Both the position numbers and the translations under genes were made by a program. This document shows positions 19,495 through 29,426 of a stretch of 64,000 nt of DNA, one piece after another. The DNA comes from Pseudomonadota bacterium (GTDB lineage Bacteria > Myxococcota_A > UBA796 > SXON01). How positions within the stretch are numbered: the first letter of the stretch is position 1; each line of letters starts with the position of its first letter. The stretch lies in contig JAUXTN010000238.1 in NCBI GenBank assembly GCA_030684355.1, positions 106,690 to 170,689 on the forward strand, given 5' to 3'. The notes under the pieces were generated by a model. The model saw only the letters and a program-made list of their open reading frames with translations, was not told the origin of the DNA and did not search any database.

Positions 19495-20745
19495 ATGCTG
19501 CTCCTCCTCGCCTGCACGCCTCCCGACGAAGCCGCGCCTCCCGACGAGACCGCGGCGCCGCGCACGTGTCCCGCCGCCGTGGCGCCGCCCCCCGCCGATC
19601 TCGACGGGGACGGGCACGCCGACCTCGCCTGGGCGCAGACCGAGGACGCGGAGGGCACCTACGACGCCACGTCGATCGTGACCTTCGGCCCCGACTTCAC
19701 CCGCCGCCAGGAGTTCCCTACCCTCGGGGCGGACGGCGTCGCGGTCGCGGATCTCGACGGCGACGGCTGGCCGGAGCTCGTGTACGCCTCGGTCTCCGAC
19801 GGCGAGGCCCGCGCCGTCGACAGCTTCGTGTACCGCGGCGCCCCGGGCGGCCCCACGGTGGCGGATCCGGTGCGCCTGCCGGGCATCGGCGCCTCCGCCG
19901 TGACCATCGACGACGTCGACGGCGACGGCGCCCTCGACCTCTTCCTCTCGAACCGGTACGACGGCGAGGGCTTCTCCGAGGCCGCCTACACCGTGGACTC
20001 CGCGCTCTACCTCGGTGCGGCGGGTGGGGTCTCCCCGGACCGGGTCGCGCACGTGGAGACGTTGGGCGCGGGGGACGCCCGCTTCGCCGACCTCGACCAG
20101 GACGGATGGACCGACCTCGTCGTCGCGAGCGGAACCCTGTTCGCCGACGCGAGTCGCATCTACTACGGGGGTCCGGACGGCTACTCGCGCGACGCGACGG
20201 TGGAGCTCCCCACCGCCGCGCCCGAGGGCGTGGTGGTCGCGGACTGGAACGGCGACGGGTGGCTCGACCTCTTCTTCTCGAACTTCTACGACGCGCTCGA
20301 GCTCGACATCGACTCGCCGCTCTACTGGGGCTCGCCCGACGGCTACTCCGCCGACGCCGTGCAGTGGATCGCCACCCACGGCGCCACCGACGCCCTCGCG
20401 GCCGATCTCGACGGCGACGACTGCCTCGAGCTGGTGGTCGCGAACAGCATGACGGGGAGCTTCGCCGAATTGGAATTCGAGGTGGCCAGCGAGGTGTGGG
20501 CGGGCAGCCCGGACGGCCCGACGACGGTGCGCGCGCGCCTCCCCACGATCTCGGCGGCGGCGGTCTCGGCCGCGGATCTCGACGGGGACGGCGACACGGA
20601 CCTCGTCTTCGCGAACCGCTACGACGCCGACGGGGCGCCGACGTCGGCCTCGTACGTCTACTGGAACGACGGCGGGTTCTCGGAGGACGACCGGACGGAG
20701 ATCCCCACGGTGGGGGCGGCGGGGGTCACGGCGACGGCGCGGTAG
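19495..20745 (+). CDS. FG-GAP/VCBS repeat lipoprotein
   Basis: Track ORF 19378..20745, trimmed to ATG 19495 (MLLLLACTPP). It has repeated ADLDGDGxxDLV blades. Confidence 0.85.
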   Translation: MLLLLACTPPDEAAPPDETAAPRTCPAAVAPPPADLDGDGHADLAWAQTEDAEGTYDATSIVTFGPDFTRRQEFPTLGADGVAVADLDGDGWPELVYASVSDGEARAVDSFVYRGAPGGPTVADPVRLPGIGASAVTIDDVDGDGALDLFLSNRYDGEGFSEAAYTVDSALYLGAAGGVSPDRVAHVETLGAGDARFADLDQDGWTDLVVASGTLFADASRIYYGGPDGYSRDATVELPTAAPEGVVVADWNGDGWLDLFFSNFYDALELDIDSPLYWGSPDGYSADAVQWIATHGATDALAADLDGDDCLELVVANSMTGSFAELEFEVASEVWAGSPDGPTTVRARLPTISAAAVSAADLDGDGDTDLVFANRYDADGAPTSASYVYWNDGGFSEDDRTEIPTVGAAGVTATAR

Positions 20746-20822
20746 CCGCGATGCGTGGCTCCAACCGGAGCTACGGGTGGCAGGCGCGAAGGACGGAGTG
20801 GGGCGGCTAGCCTTCCGGCCCC

Positions 20823-22154
20823 CTACTCGCCCCCGACCGCCCGCTCGAGCGCCGCGTTCGCCCGCCAGGCATCCGTGAGCGCGGTCGCCTCGTTCGAGCG
20901 GGCCCGCAGGAGCGTCACCTCCGCGTCGAGCACCTCCTGCATCGTGCCGCTCCCGGCCTCCTGGCGTGCCGCCTGGATCTTCAGGTTCTCCTCGGCCTGC
21001 GCGATGCTCCCCTTCGCCACCTCCCAACCCGCCACGGCCGCGGCGAGCGAGCGCGCGCGCGTGCGGACCTCGAGACGCGCGCCGGCCTCGGCCGCATCGA
21101 GCTGGGCGGCGATCTGGGTCGCCCCCGCGTTGGCCGCACGCACCCCGGCGGCGGCCCTGCCCCACGCCCACACGGTCCAATCCAACGTGGCACCGGCGTA
21201 CATCGTGTCCGGCTCGCCGAAGAGCCCGTTGCCCTCGGCATGCTGGTAGACGGCCATCGCGGACACCGACGGGAGGCGGCTCCAGGACTGGGCAGCGGCG
21301 GACGCCCGGGCGGCGTCGACCCGGTGGCGGAGCGCGACGAGGTCGGGGCGAGCCCCCACGGCCCGCTCCGAGAGCGCGTCCACGTCGGCGCGCGCGGAGG
21401 GCGCCTCCGCGGGGGCGGATCCCGGGCGCGCGGGCTCGTCCGTCGTGCCGATCGCGAGGCCCAGCGCCCCGTAGGCCGCGTCGCGTCCGGCCTCCAACTG
21501 GAGCACGCCCTGCTTCGCCTGCGCGAGCGCCAATTCGGCGAGGAGCAGGTCGTTCCGGGTGAGGGCGCCCGCCGCGTGGGTGGCCTGGGCCGTGCGGACG
21601 CGCGTAGCGAGGCTCCCCTCCTGCGCCTGCGCGTTGGCGAGCTGCCGCTCGGCCTGCAACGCCGCGTACCACGCGTCCTCCGCGCGCCAGCGCGCGTCGA
21701 GCACGGCGGAATCGACGGAGGAGCGCCCCGCGTCCCGGTTCGCCTTCGCGGCCGCCACCTGCCGATCGATCGCGAACTGCCCGGTGAGCGGGAGCGTGGC
21801 GCGCGCCGAGATGCTCGAGGTCACCTGCTCGCGGACCACGACGTCCACCCCCGGCGCCAGCTCGAAGCTCTGCTCTTCCGGGTAGACGAGCACGTTCCCC
21901 GAGGCCGACAGCGACGGCAGCCGGGCCGACCACGCCTGGTTGAGCTGCGCCTGCGCGGCGTCCGCACCCGCCTCGGCCGCGTAGACGGTCGGCGTCCGCG
22001 TCTCCGCCAGCTTGACCGCGTCCTCCAGCGTCACGACGGGGGCGTCGGCCAGCGCGGGCGCGGCCAGCGCGATCGTGGCCAGGACCGACGACAGCAGGGT
22101 GAGGACCGTCCGCCCGATGAACCGGCGGCTGATGTGCTGAGGCATGCCTTGCAT
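20823..22154 (-). CDS. TolC-family outer-membrane efflux protein
   Basis: The 454-aa ORF has a signal peptide ending ..LAAPALADA and two alpha/beta repeat halves typical of outer-membrane factors. The start could be 22154, 22145 or 22187. Confidence 0.85.
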   Translation of the reverse strand: MQGMPQHISRRFIGRTVLTLLSSVLATIALAAPALADAPVVTLEDAVKLAETRTPTVYAAEAGADAAQAQLNQAWSARLPSLSASGNVLVYPEEQSFELAPGVDVVVREQVTSSISARATLPLTGQFAIDRQVAAAKANRDAGRSSVDSAVLDARWRAEDAWYAALQAERQLANAQAQEGSLATRVRTAQATHAAGALTRNDLLLAELALAQAKQGVLQLEAGRDAAYGALGLAIGTTDEPARPGSAPAEAPSARADVDALSERAVGARPDLVALRHRVDAARASAAAQSWSRLPSVSAMAVYQHAEGNGLFGEPDTMYAGATLDWTVWAWGRAAAGVRAANAGATQIAAQLDAAEAGARLEVRTRARSLAAAVAGWEVAKGSIAQAEENLKIQAARQEAGSGTMQEVLDAEVTLLRARSNEATALTDAWRANAALERAVGGE

Positions 22155-22176
22155 CCGTGAGCCCGCCAGGTAATGT

Positions 22177-22191
22177 GTGAACGTCATTCAC
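22177..22191. promoter_or_regulatory. Candidate TetR operator (inverted repeat GTGAA-CGTCA-TTCAC)
   Basis: A perfect 5-5-5 palindrome lies in the short divergent region between the TolC and TetR genes. ACGTCA also occurs twice here. Confidence 0.4.
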
Positions 22192-22213
22192 GTCAAGAAG
22201 GACGGCTCACGAC

Positions 22214-22843
22214 ATGGACCAGCCCGACAAGCTCCCCCGCCGCGAGCGCGAGCGCCTCCGCCACCGCCAGGAGATCCTCGATGCCGCGCGCAAAATCCTC
22301 GCGGTACGCGGGATCGACGGCATCACCGTCGAGCAGGTCGCACGGGAGGCCGAGTTCGCGGTGGGCTCGATCTACCGGCACTTCCGCTCCAAGGAGGAGC
22401 TGATCGAGGTGCTGATCTCCGAGCTCGCGGTGCCCCTGTTCGAGGAGCTCGAGGCCCTCCCCGCCTCGGGCCTCCCCTTCGAGGAGATGCTGGCGGAGTT
22501 CGTGCGTACCGTCCACGACACCCACATCGAGAACCTCCCCGTCGTGCGGGCCTTCCTCGCCGCGCCGGGCAACCTCCCGGCGATCGACGGCGAATTCGGT
22601 GAACGGATGCGCACGTTCTGGCAGCGCTACTTCGCCGCCTTCGACGCGCTGCTCCGGGTCGGCCAGGAGGCGGGGATCCTCACGCCCGGCGATCGCCTCC
22701 CGCTGACCCTCGCCCTCGCCGGGCTCCTCGAGAGCTTCAACAAGTGGGCCCTCCTCGTGCCCAACTCGACGATCCCCGACGCGCCGGCCCTCATCTGCCG
22801 CATCTTCCTGGACGGGTCCCGCGCCCGTGGAGCCTCCCGATGA
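22214..22843 (+). CDS. TetR/AcrR-family transcriptional regulator
   Basis: The N-terminal HTH is ILDAARKILAVRGIDGITVEQVAREAEFAVGSIYRHFRSKEEL. Its stop overlaps the next start (ATGA). Confidence 0.95.
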   Translation: MDQPDKLPRRERERLRHRQEILDAARKILAVRGIDGITVEQVAREAEFAVGSIYRHFRSKEELIEVLISELAVPLFEELEALPASGLPFEEMLAEFVRTVHDTHIENLPVVRAFLAAPGNLPAIDGEFGERMRTFWQRYFAAFDALLRVGQEAGILTPGDRLPLTLALAGLLESFNKWALLVPNSTIPDAPALICRIFLDGSRARGASR

Positions 22844-23970
22844 AACGCCTGACCCTGGTTGCCGGCCTCCTGTTCGGCAGCGCCGCCCTGTGCGGGCTGA
22901 CCGCCTGGCGCGTCGGGGACGCCATGACCCGCCGCGCGGACGCCGCCGAGGCCACCGCGGTCGCCACCTCCGTCCCGGTGGACGTGATGGTCGCGGCCCC
23001 CCGCGATCTCGTCGAGACCGTGCGGGTCGCGGGGACGCTGCGCGCCCGGCACGAAGCGGACGTGGTCGCCGACGTGCCGGGGCGCGTCGAGGCCATCCTG
23101 GCCGACGTCGGCACGCAGGTTCGCAAGGGGGACATCCTCGCGCGGCTGGAGTCGCGGGACGCGGCGCTCCAGGTCGAGCAGGCGCAGGCCTCGCTGGCGA
23201 TGGCCGAGGCCGGGCGGGAGACGGCGCTCCGCGACTACACGGTCGCCCAGGCCGTCGCCGGGGTCGGCGGCATCACCGACGCGCAGCTCGTGGCGGCCAG
23301 GAGCCGCTCCGCGTCGTCGGATGCCCAGGTGCTCCAGGCGAAGGCGGCCCTCGGCATGGCGCGCGAGCGGCTCGCCGACGCGACCCTCCGCAGCCCCATC
23401 GACGGCGTGGTGACCCACCGCGCGACCGACGTGGGCCGCATGGTGAGCCCCGGCGTGGCGGCGTTCGTCGTCCAGGACCTCGGCGCGCTCGAGCTCGTCG
23501 TCTCGGTGGACGAGCGCACCGCTGCCCGGCTCCAGGCCGGCGGCGGCGTGACCATCGTGAGCGACCACGCCACCGACATCCCCGCGGCCTCAGTGCGGAC
23601 GGTGTCCCCCGCGCTCGACGCGCAGACCCGGAAGGCCGAAGTGGTCATCGAGCTCGGCGCGGTCGCGGGGCTCCTCCCGCACGGCACCGCCACCGCCGTC
23701 CTCCTCCTCGGCCAACGCGCCGGCGCCGTCGCGGTCCCCGCGCGCGCGGTGCTCGAGGGCGACGACGGCGCCTACCTCTACGTGGTGGACGGCACCCTCG
23801 CGCGCCGCACGCCCGTGCGCCCTGGCCTTCGGGACGGGGAGTGGCTGGAGGTCGACGGCCTCCCCGCCGGCGCCACCGTCGTCGTGGCCGGCCAGACCTT
23901 CCTCACGGACGGCGGGGCCGTCTCCCCGCGCACCCCGGCGCCCACCCCCGTGGCGACGGTGCCCTCGTGA
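22840..23970 (+). CDS. RND efflux periplasmic adaptor (membrane fusion protein)
   Basis: ATG 22840 gives MKRLTLVAGLLFGSAALCG. Lipoyl/hairpin motifs: GDILARLES.., LRSPIDGVV... Confidence 0.9.
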   Translation: MKRLTLVAGLLFGSAALCGLTAWRVGDAMTRRADAAEATAVATSVPVDVMVAAPRDLVETVRVAGTLRARHEADVVADVPGRVEAILADVGTQVRKGDILARLESRDAALQVEQAQASLAMAEAGRETALRDYTVAQAVAGVGGITDAQLVAARSRSASSDAQVLQAKAALGMARERLADATLRSPIDGVVTHRATDVGRMVSPGVAAFVVQDLGALELVVSVDERTAARLQAGGGVTIVSDHATDIPAASVRTVSPALDAQTRKAEVVIELGAVAGLLPHGTATAVLLLGQRAGAVAVPARAVLEGDDGAYLYVVDGTLARRTPVRPGLRDGEWLEVDGLPAGATVVVAGQTFLTDGGAVSPRTPAPTPVATVPS

Positions 23971-26900
23971 ACCTCAGCGACATCGCCATCCGGCGCCCCG
24001 TCTTCACGACCATGGTCATGGTCGCGATGATGATCCTCGGGATGGTCGGCTACAGCCGGCTCTCCGTCGAGCTGTTCCCCGACATCTCGTTCCCCGTCGT
24101 CACCGTCACCACCCCCTACCCGGGCGCCGGCCCCGAGGAGGTGGAGCAGATGGTCACGCGCCCCATCGAGGACGCCGTCGGCTCCCTCGAAGGCGTCGAC
24201 TCGGTGCGCTCCTTCTCGCGAGAGGGGGTCTCCGTCGTCGTCGTGATGTTCGACATCGGCACCGACGTGAAGATGGCCAACGTCGACGTGCGCGACCGCG
24301 CCACCGCCGTGCACCGCCGGATGCCGGACGACGTGGAGGAGTCGACCTTCATGCGGCTCGACCCGTCGGCCGCGGCGGTCATGACCCTCGTGATCTCCGG
24401 CAACGCCGATCCCCGCGCCGTGCGCACGCTCGCGGACGACGTGATCAAGCCCATCCTCGAGCGCTCGGACGGCGTCGCCGCGGTCACCGTGCGCGGCGGC
24501 GAGGAGCGCGAGATCCAGGTCCAGCTCTCGGCCGAGAAGCTCGCGCGGTGGGGCCTCACCGTCGCCCAGGTCAGCCAGGCGCTCGCGCTCGAGAACGCCA
24601 ACGTGCCCACGGGCCGGCTCGACCAGGGCGCCCAGGAGGCCTCGCTCCGCCTCGTCGGCGAGGTCGAGAGCGTCGCGGCCCTCGCCGCCCTCCCCGTCGC
24701 GACCATCGGGGACACCACGGTCACCGTGGGAGATCTCGGCGTGGTGGTGGACACCTCCAAGGAGCGCCGCTCGCTCGTGCGGGTCGACGGCAAGGAGGCC
24801 GTCGCCTTCGACATCATGAAGCAGAGCGGCGGGAACAGCGTCGCCGCGGCGGACGGCGTCAAGGAGATGCTGCCCGTGGCGCGTGCGGCGCTCCCCCCCG
24901 GCATCACGCTCGACGTCATCCTCGACACCTCGCTGTTCATCAGCGAGAACGCGGATCACGTCCAGCAGGAGCTGATCATCGGGGCGCTCTCGGCCATCGC
25001 CATCATCTTCCTGTTCATGCTCGACTGGCGCTCGACGTTCATCTCGGCGCTCGCGTTGCCGACCTCGATCGTCACCACGTTCTTCGGCATGTACCTCGCC
25101 GGCTTCTCCCTCAACATGATGTCGCTGATGGGGCTCTCCCTCTCCGTCGGCTTCCTCGTCGACGACGCCATCGTCGTGCGCGAGAACATCTTCCGACACA
25201 TCGAGATGGGAGAGGATCCGTTCACCGCCGCGAGCAAGGGCACGAAGGAGATCGCCCTCGCCGTGCTCGCCACCACCGCGACCATCCTTGCGGTGTTCAT
25301 CCCCGTCGGCTTCACGAGCGGGATGATCGGGCAGATGTTCCAGCAGTTCGCGCTCACCGTCGCGATCGCGGTGTCCGTGTCGCTCTTCGTCGCCTTCACG
25401 GTCGATCCGATGCTCTCGGCGCGCCTCGTGAAGCCCCACGAGCCGCACGGCACCGTCCGCAGCTGGCCCGTCCGCCACTGGCTCGCCTTCCTCGACGGCC
25501 TGGACGAGGGCTACCGCTCGCTCCTCGCCCGCGCGCTGCGCCACCGCTGGAAGGTGCTCGCCGCTGCCACGATGGCCTTCGTGGCCAGCTTCGGCGCGAT
25601 CTCGATGACCGGCTCCGAGTTCTTCCCCAAGGCCGACCGCGGCGAGTTCGTCGCCAACATCACCCTGCCGCCCGGCACCTCGCTGGATCGCACCACCGAG
25701 GTGGTGGCCGACCTCGAGGGCATCCTCCGCGCCGACCCCGAGACCCGGCTCGTCTACGCGACCATCGGCGCGAGCGGCGAGGCCCGCAAGGCGTCGCTCC
25801 GCGTGCGGATGATCGACAAGGGCGAGCGCAGCCGCAGCCTGGAGGAGGTCACCAACGACTTCCGCGCGAAGTTCGGCACGGTGCCCGGCATCGGTTTTGC
25901 CTTCACCGAGGCGGGGCTGATGGAGGGGGACTCCGAGTTCCGCCAGGCCCCGATCATGGTGAACGTGCGCGGCGCCGACTTCGCCGAGCTCTCGCGGATC
26001 GCCGAGGAGGTGCGGGCCATCGTGGCGGCCACGCCGGGCACCACCGACATCGACACGAGCTTCGCGCCCGGGCTGCCCGAGCTCCAGGTGCACCTCGATC
26101 GCGACCGCGCCGCCGCCCTCGGCATCACCGCGGTCCAGGCCGGCTCCGCGCTCCGCAGCGCCGTCGTCGGCGACACCCCCACGCGGTTCCGCGAGGGCGA
26201 GGAGGACTACGACGTGCGCGTCGGGCTCCGCGAGGCGGACCGCGGCGACATCGGCACGCTCGAGTCCCTCTCGCTCCTCACCCGCAAGGGCCCCGTGCCG
26301 CTACGCCAGGTGGCCACCGTCGAGCACAGCACCGGCCCCGCCACCATCGAGCGCGAGGCCCGGCAGCGCCAGATCACCGTGTCGGCGGGCACCCTCGGGC
26401 GCTCGCTCGGCGAGGTCGTCGCGGAGATCGAGAGCAAGACCGACAAGCTCGATCTGCCCGAGGGCTACGTCATCCTCTTCGGCGGCCAGGCCGAGCAGAT
26501 GGCGGAGTCGGGCGCCGCGTTCGGCATGGCGCTGGTGCTCGCGATCATCTTCATCTACGTGGTGCTCGCCAGCCAGTTCGAGAGCTTCATCCACCCGGTC
26601 ACCATCATGGTGTCCCTCCCGCTCGCCATCGTCGGGGCGTTCGTCGCCCTGTTCCTCACCGGCAGCCCGATGGGCATGTCCACCTTCATCGGCGTCATCC
26701 TGCTGATGGGCCTGGTCACCAAGAACGCCATCCTCCTGGTCGACCGCACGAACCAGCTCCGGGACGAGCAGGACTACGGCGTGATGGACGCGCTGCTCGA
26801 GGCCGGCCCCACGCGGCTCCGCCCGATCATCATGACCTCGGCCACCATCGTGCTCGGCATGCTGCCCACCGCGATCAGCGACGCCGCGGGCTCCGAGTTC

Positions 26901-27092
26901 CGCGCGCCCATGGCGATCGCGGTCATCGGCGGCGTGGTCGTGTCGACCGTGCTCACGCTCGTGGTGGTGCCGGTCGTGTACACGATGCTCGACCGCTTCA
27001 CGGGGCGGGCACGCGCGGCGCGGAAGGCCGAGGCGGCGGGCGGGTCCGGGACGAGCGACGCGGTCGGGATGGACGCGGCGACGGCGAAGTAG
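23967..27092 (+). CDS. RND multidrug efflux transporter (AcrB/HAE1-type)
   Basis: The GTG at 23967 overlaps the adaptor gene's stop (GTGA). The N-terminus VNLSDIAIRRPVFTTMVMVAMMILG is followed by about 1040 aa with a 12-TM RND architecture. Confidence 0.95.
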   Translation: MNLSDIAIRRPVFTTMVMVAMMILGMVGYSRLSVELFPDISFPVVTVTTPYPGAGPEEVEQMVTRPIEDAVGSLEGVDSVRSFSREGVSVVVVMFDIGTDVKMANVDVRDRATAVHRRMPDDVEESTFMRLDPSAAAVMTLVISGNADPRAVRTLADDVIKPILERSDGVAAVTVRGGEEREIQVQLSAEKLARWGLTVAQVSQALALENANVPTGRLDQGAQEASLRLVGEVESVAALAALPVATIGDTTVTVGDLGVVVDTSKERRSLVRVDGKEAVAFDIMKQSGGNSVAAADGVKEMLPVARAALPPGITLDVILDTSLFISENADHVQQELIIGALSAIAIIFLFMLDWRSTFISALALPTSIVTTFFGMYLAGFSLNMMSLMGLSLSVGFLVDDAIVVRENIFRHIEMGEDPFTAASKGTKEIALAVLATTATILAVFIPVGFTSGMIGQMFQQFALTVAIAVSVSLFVAFTVDPMLSARLVKPHEPHGTVRSWPVRHWLAFLDGLDEGYRSLLARALRHRWKVLAAATMAFVASFGAISMTGSEFFPKADRGEFVANITLPPGTSLDRTTEVVADLEGILRADPETRLVYATIGASGEARKASLRVRMIDKGERSRSLEEVTNDFRAKFGTVPGIGFAFTEAGLMEGDSEFRQAPIMVNVRGADFAELSRIAEEVRAIVAATPGTTDIDTSFAPGLPELQVHLDRDRAAALGITAVQAGSALRSAVVGDTPTRFREGEEDYDVRVGLREADRGDIGTLESLSLLTRKGPVPLRQVATVEHSTGPATIEREARQRQITVSAGTLGRSLGEVVAEIESKTDKLDLPEGYVILFGGQAEQMAESGAAFGMALVLAIIFIYVVLASQFESFIHPVTIMVSLPLAIVGAFVALFLTGSPMGMSTFIGVILLMGLVTKNAILLVDRTNQLRDEQDYGVMDALLEAGPTRLRPIIMTSATIVLGMLPTAISDAAGSEFRAPMAIAVIGGVVVSTVLTLVVVPVVYTMLDRFTGRARAARKAEAAGGSGTSDAVGMDAATAK

Positions 27093-27107
27093 GCAGGCCG
27101 GCGGTGG

Positions 27108-28295
27108 CTACACCCCTTCGAGCACCAGCCGGGAGATCCCGAGCAGCGTGCCGTCGGCGTCGAGGCGCGGCGGATCGGCGTCGCACGGCCGGAGGCGGGT
27201 CAACGGGTCGAGCAGCGCGTCGAGCGCCACCCGGGCCTCGAGGCGGGCGAGCGGGGCGCCGAGGCAGAAGTGGACGCCCAGGCCGAACGCGAGGTGGGGG
27301 TTCGGCCGGCGCTGGACATCGAAGCGGTCGGGGTCGATGAACATCCGCGGGTCCCGGCTCGCGGAGGCGAGCCAGGCGACGACGCGCTGCCCCTCGGCGA
27401 TGTCGATGCCCCCGAGGGTGACGGGCTTCGCGGCCACGCGGACCACGTCCTGCGCGGGCCCGACGAAGCGGAGCACCTCCTCCACGGCGTCCACGACCAG
27501 CGCGCGATCCCGCTCGACCAGCGCGAGCTGATCCGGGTAGCGCAGGAGGCAGAACGTCGCGTTGGCGATGAGGTTGACTGTGGTGACGTGGCCCGCCATG
27601 AGCAGGAGCGAGCAGAACGCGAGGACCTCCGCCTCCGTGAGCGGCTCGCCGTCGGCGCGGCCGGAGAGGAGCGCCCCGAGGAGATCGTCCTGGTCGGCGC
27701 GTCCGGGCCGACGGCACTCCTCCGCGAACCAGGCGTTCATCTCCGCGCGGGCAGCGACGGCCTCGGGGGTGGGCGCGGTGCCCTGCCGGCGCCCCGCGAA
27801 CTCGCCGGCGAGGATGGCGGCGGCCCAGCGGCGGTAGCGCGGGCGCTCGGACGCGGGGACGCCGAGCATCTCGGCGATCACCGTGACGGGCAGCGGGTGG
27901 GCGAAGTCCGCGACCACGTCGAATCGGCCCCGGGCGAGCGCGGCCGCGAGGAGCTCGTCGGTGATGGCGCGGATCCGCGGCTCCAGCCTGGCGATCGTGC
28001 CGGGGGTGAATTCCTTCGCGAGCACGCGCCGCAGCGCGGCGTGCCGCGGCGGGTCCATGTCGAGCAGGTTCCGGTGCGGCCCCTCGCGCAGCGTCGCCCG
28101 CTCCGACGAGAAGGTCTCCCAGTCCATGCAGACGCGCTTCACCTCGGCGTAGCGGTACACGCCCCACGCCTGGAGGTCGGTCTCCCACGAGACGGCCCCC
28201 GCGGCGCGGCGCGCGGCATACCGGGCGTAGAGCGTGGCCAGCTCGGCCTCCGCCTGCGTGCCGGGCAGGCCGTGAAGCTCGAATTGCTCTTCCAC
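27108..28295 (-). CDS. Cytochrome P450
   Basis: The haem-thiolate loop FGLGVHFCLGAPLA, the EEVLR (ExxR) motif and the I-helix AGHVTT are all present. Confidence 0.95.
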   Translation of the reverse strand: MEEQFELHGLPGTQAEAELATLYARYAARRAAGAVSWETDLQAWGVYRYAEVKRVCMDWETFSSERATLREGPHRNLLDMDPPRHAALRRVLAKEFTPGTIARLEPRIRAITDELLAAALARGRFDVVADFAHPLPVTVIAEMLGVPASERPRYRRWAAAILAGEFAGRRQGTAPTPEAVAARAEMNAWFAEECRRPGRADQDDLLGALLSGRADGEPLTEAEVLAFCSLLLMAGHVTTVNLIANATFCLLRYPDQLALVERDRALVVDAVEEVLRFVGPAQDVVRVAAKPVTLGGIDIAEGQRVVAWLASASRDPRMFIDPDRFDVQRRPNPHLAFGLGVHFCLGAPLARLEARVALDALLDPLTRLRPCDADPPRLDADGTLLGISRLVLEGV

Positions 28296-28625
28296 TTGGG
28301 ACCCCCTCGTGCACTCAGGGGGATCGGCACGGGGCGGTGCCGGTCAAGAGCGAGGCCGCCATGTTCTCCGATGAGCGAGCGCCGGCCCGGCTCCGCCTGC
28401 CCCCGCCACCCACCCGGAGCCCGACTTGGATCCGGTGCCGGGCGCTGTCCTGGCCGCCGCTTCGGTGGTCCTCGACACCCGGCCGCAGACGCCCAGGCCC
28501 TCGCGTTTGGAGAGGGATTGTGTCACCAATCCCAACGCCCAAGCCATCAACTACCGTTTCAACGCCCTCCGGCCGAGCAGGTGCGGACTCACGATGGCCC
28601 CACGCGGCCTCGCCCACATCCTGGG

Positions 28626-29366
28626 CTAGAGGTCGGCCAGGTCCGTGAGTCGGGCGACGTCGAGGATCAGGATGCCCTCCTTGACGACGGCGATCATCTC
28701 GTTGACGTCCTCTCGGCGGAGAACCCGCACCAACGTCTCCAATCTGCACCCCAACAGCGCCGCGAGGCGCGTGCGGCTGATGGGCATCGGGATGAGGACG
28801 CCCCGAGCGTCCGCCAGCCCTTCGGTGTCCACGAAGTGCAACATCAGTCGTGCCAAACGTTGCTCGACCGTGCCATATCCAACTTCCCGCACCCGGCGTG
28901 CCAGGCTGATGGTGCACCGCAGCGCCAGTCCGGCGAACGCCACCGCGCCCCGGCCACCGCCCTCCACGACATCGCGCACGGCGTCCAGGCGGACGGCCAT
29001 CGCGGTGCCGCCCAACATCACCTCGGCATCATAGTCCCGCCGCGCGGGCACCAACCCCTCGGTCGTGCCCAGCACCGTGCCCCGGGAGGCAATCCCTACG
29101 ATCTGCTGCTGGCCTGCGGCGCTGTAGGTGGAGAGCGCCGCCATGCCGCCGCACAGGATCAACACATGGTCGGCAGGGTCGCCGCTCCCCCACAGGCGTT
29201 GCCGCGGGCGCAAACGCGTCCTCTCACCGCCCGCGCACAGGGTCTCGGACAGCGCCGCACAGATGCAGGGGTGGTTGCAGAAGGAAATTAGGGCCTCCGT
29301 AAATCCGCATGTACCACCGAATGGTCGGTAGGGTGGCAGGCGTCGCCGATATCTTTTTCCTATCAA
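28626..29366 (-). CDS. CRP/FNR-family transcriptional regulator with a Cys-rich N-terminus
   Basis: The C-terminal HTH is ISRTRLAALLGCRLETLVRVLRRE. The effector-domain core is ..LILCGGMAALS... The N-terminus contains CGFTEALISFCNHPCICAALSETLC. The track ORF extends to TTG 29456, but the first ~30 codons have poor third-position GC, so I prefer TTG 29366. The start remains uncertain. Confidence 0.8.
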   Translation of the reverse strand: MIGKRYRRRLPPYRPFGGTCGFTEALISFCNHPCICAALSETLCAGGERTRLRPRQRLWGSGDPADHVLILCGGMAALSTYSAAGQQQIVGIASRGTVLGTTEGLVPARRDYDAEVMLGGTAMAVRLDAVRDVVEGGGRGAVAFAGLALRCTISLARRVREVGYGTVEQRLARLMLHFVDTEGLADARGVLIPMPISRTRLAALLGCRLETLVRVLRREDVNEMIAVVKEGILILDVARLTDLADL

Positions 29367-29384
29367 ATTGTTGATCGATCGCAA
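29362..29384. promoter_or_regulatory. Candidate CRP/FNR-type boxes in the divergent promoter region
   Basis: ATCAA-ATTG-TTGAT (29362..29375) overlaps TTGAT-CGAT-CGCAA (29371..29384). The FNR consensus is TTGAT-N4-ATCAA. The boxes sit in a locally AT-richer stretch. Confidence 0.3.
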
Positions 29385-29426
29385 GGTGTCGTCCCGTCGT
29401 GAGCCGGTAGCATCTGCTCGTTCAAC

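Noticed and set aside
22155-22187. The longest start (ATG 22187) for the TolC-family gene
   Set aside because: It would leave only 26 bp to the divergent tetR start and would place the palindromic operator inside the coding region. Downstream ATGs at 22154 and 22145 still precede the signal peptide. This is not excluded, only judged less likely.
28296-28625. A 330-bp gap between the P450 and CRP/FNR genes, with small track ORFs (28337..28648 +, 28344..28550 -, 28426..28629 +) that might encode a gene or an RNA
   Set aside because: The ORF products are Pro/Arg-rich with no motifs. I saw no tRNA-like or riboswitch-like pattern, only short GC hairpins (for example 28325..28342). I left the region unannotated.
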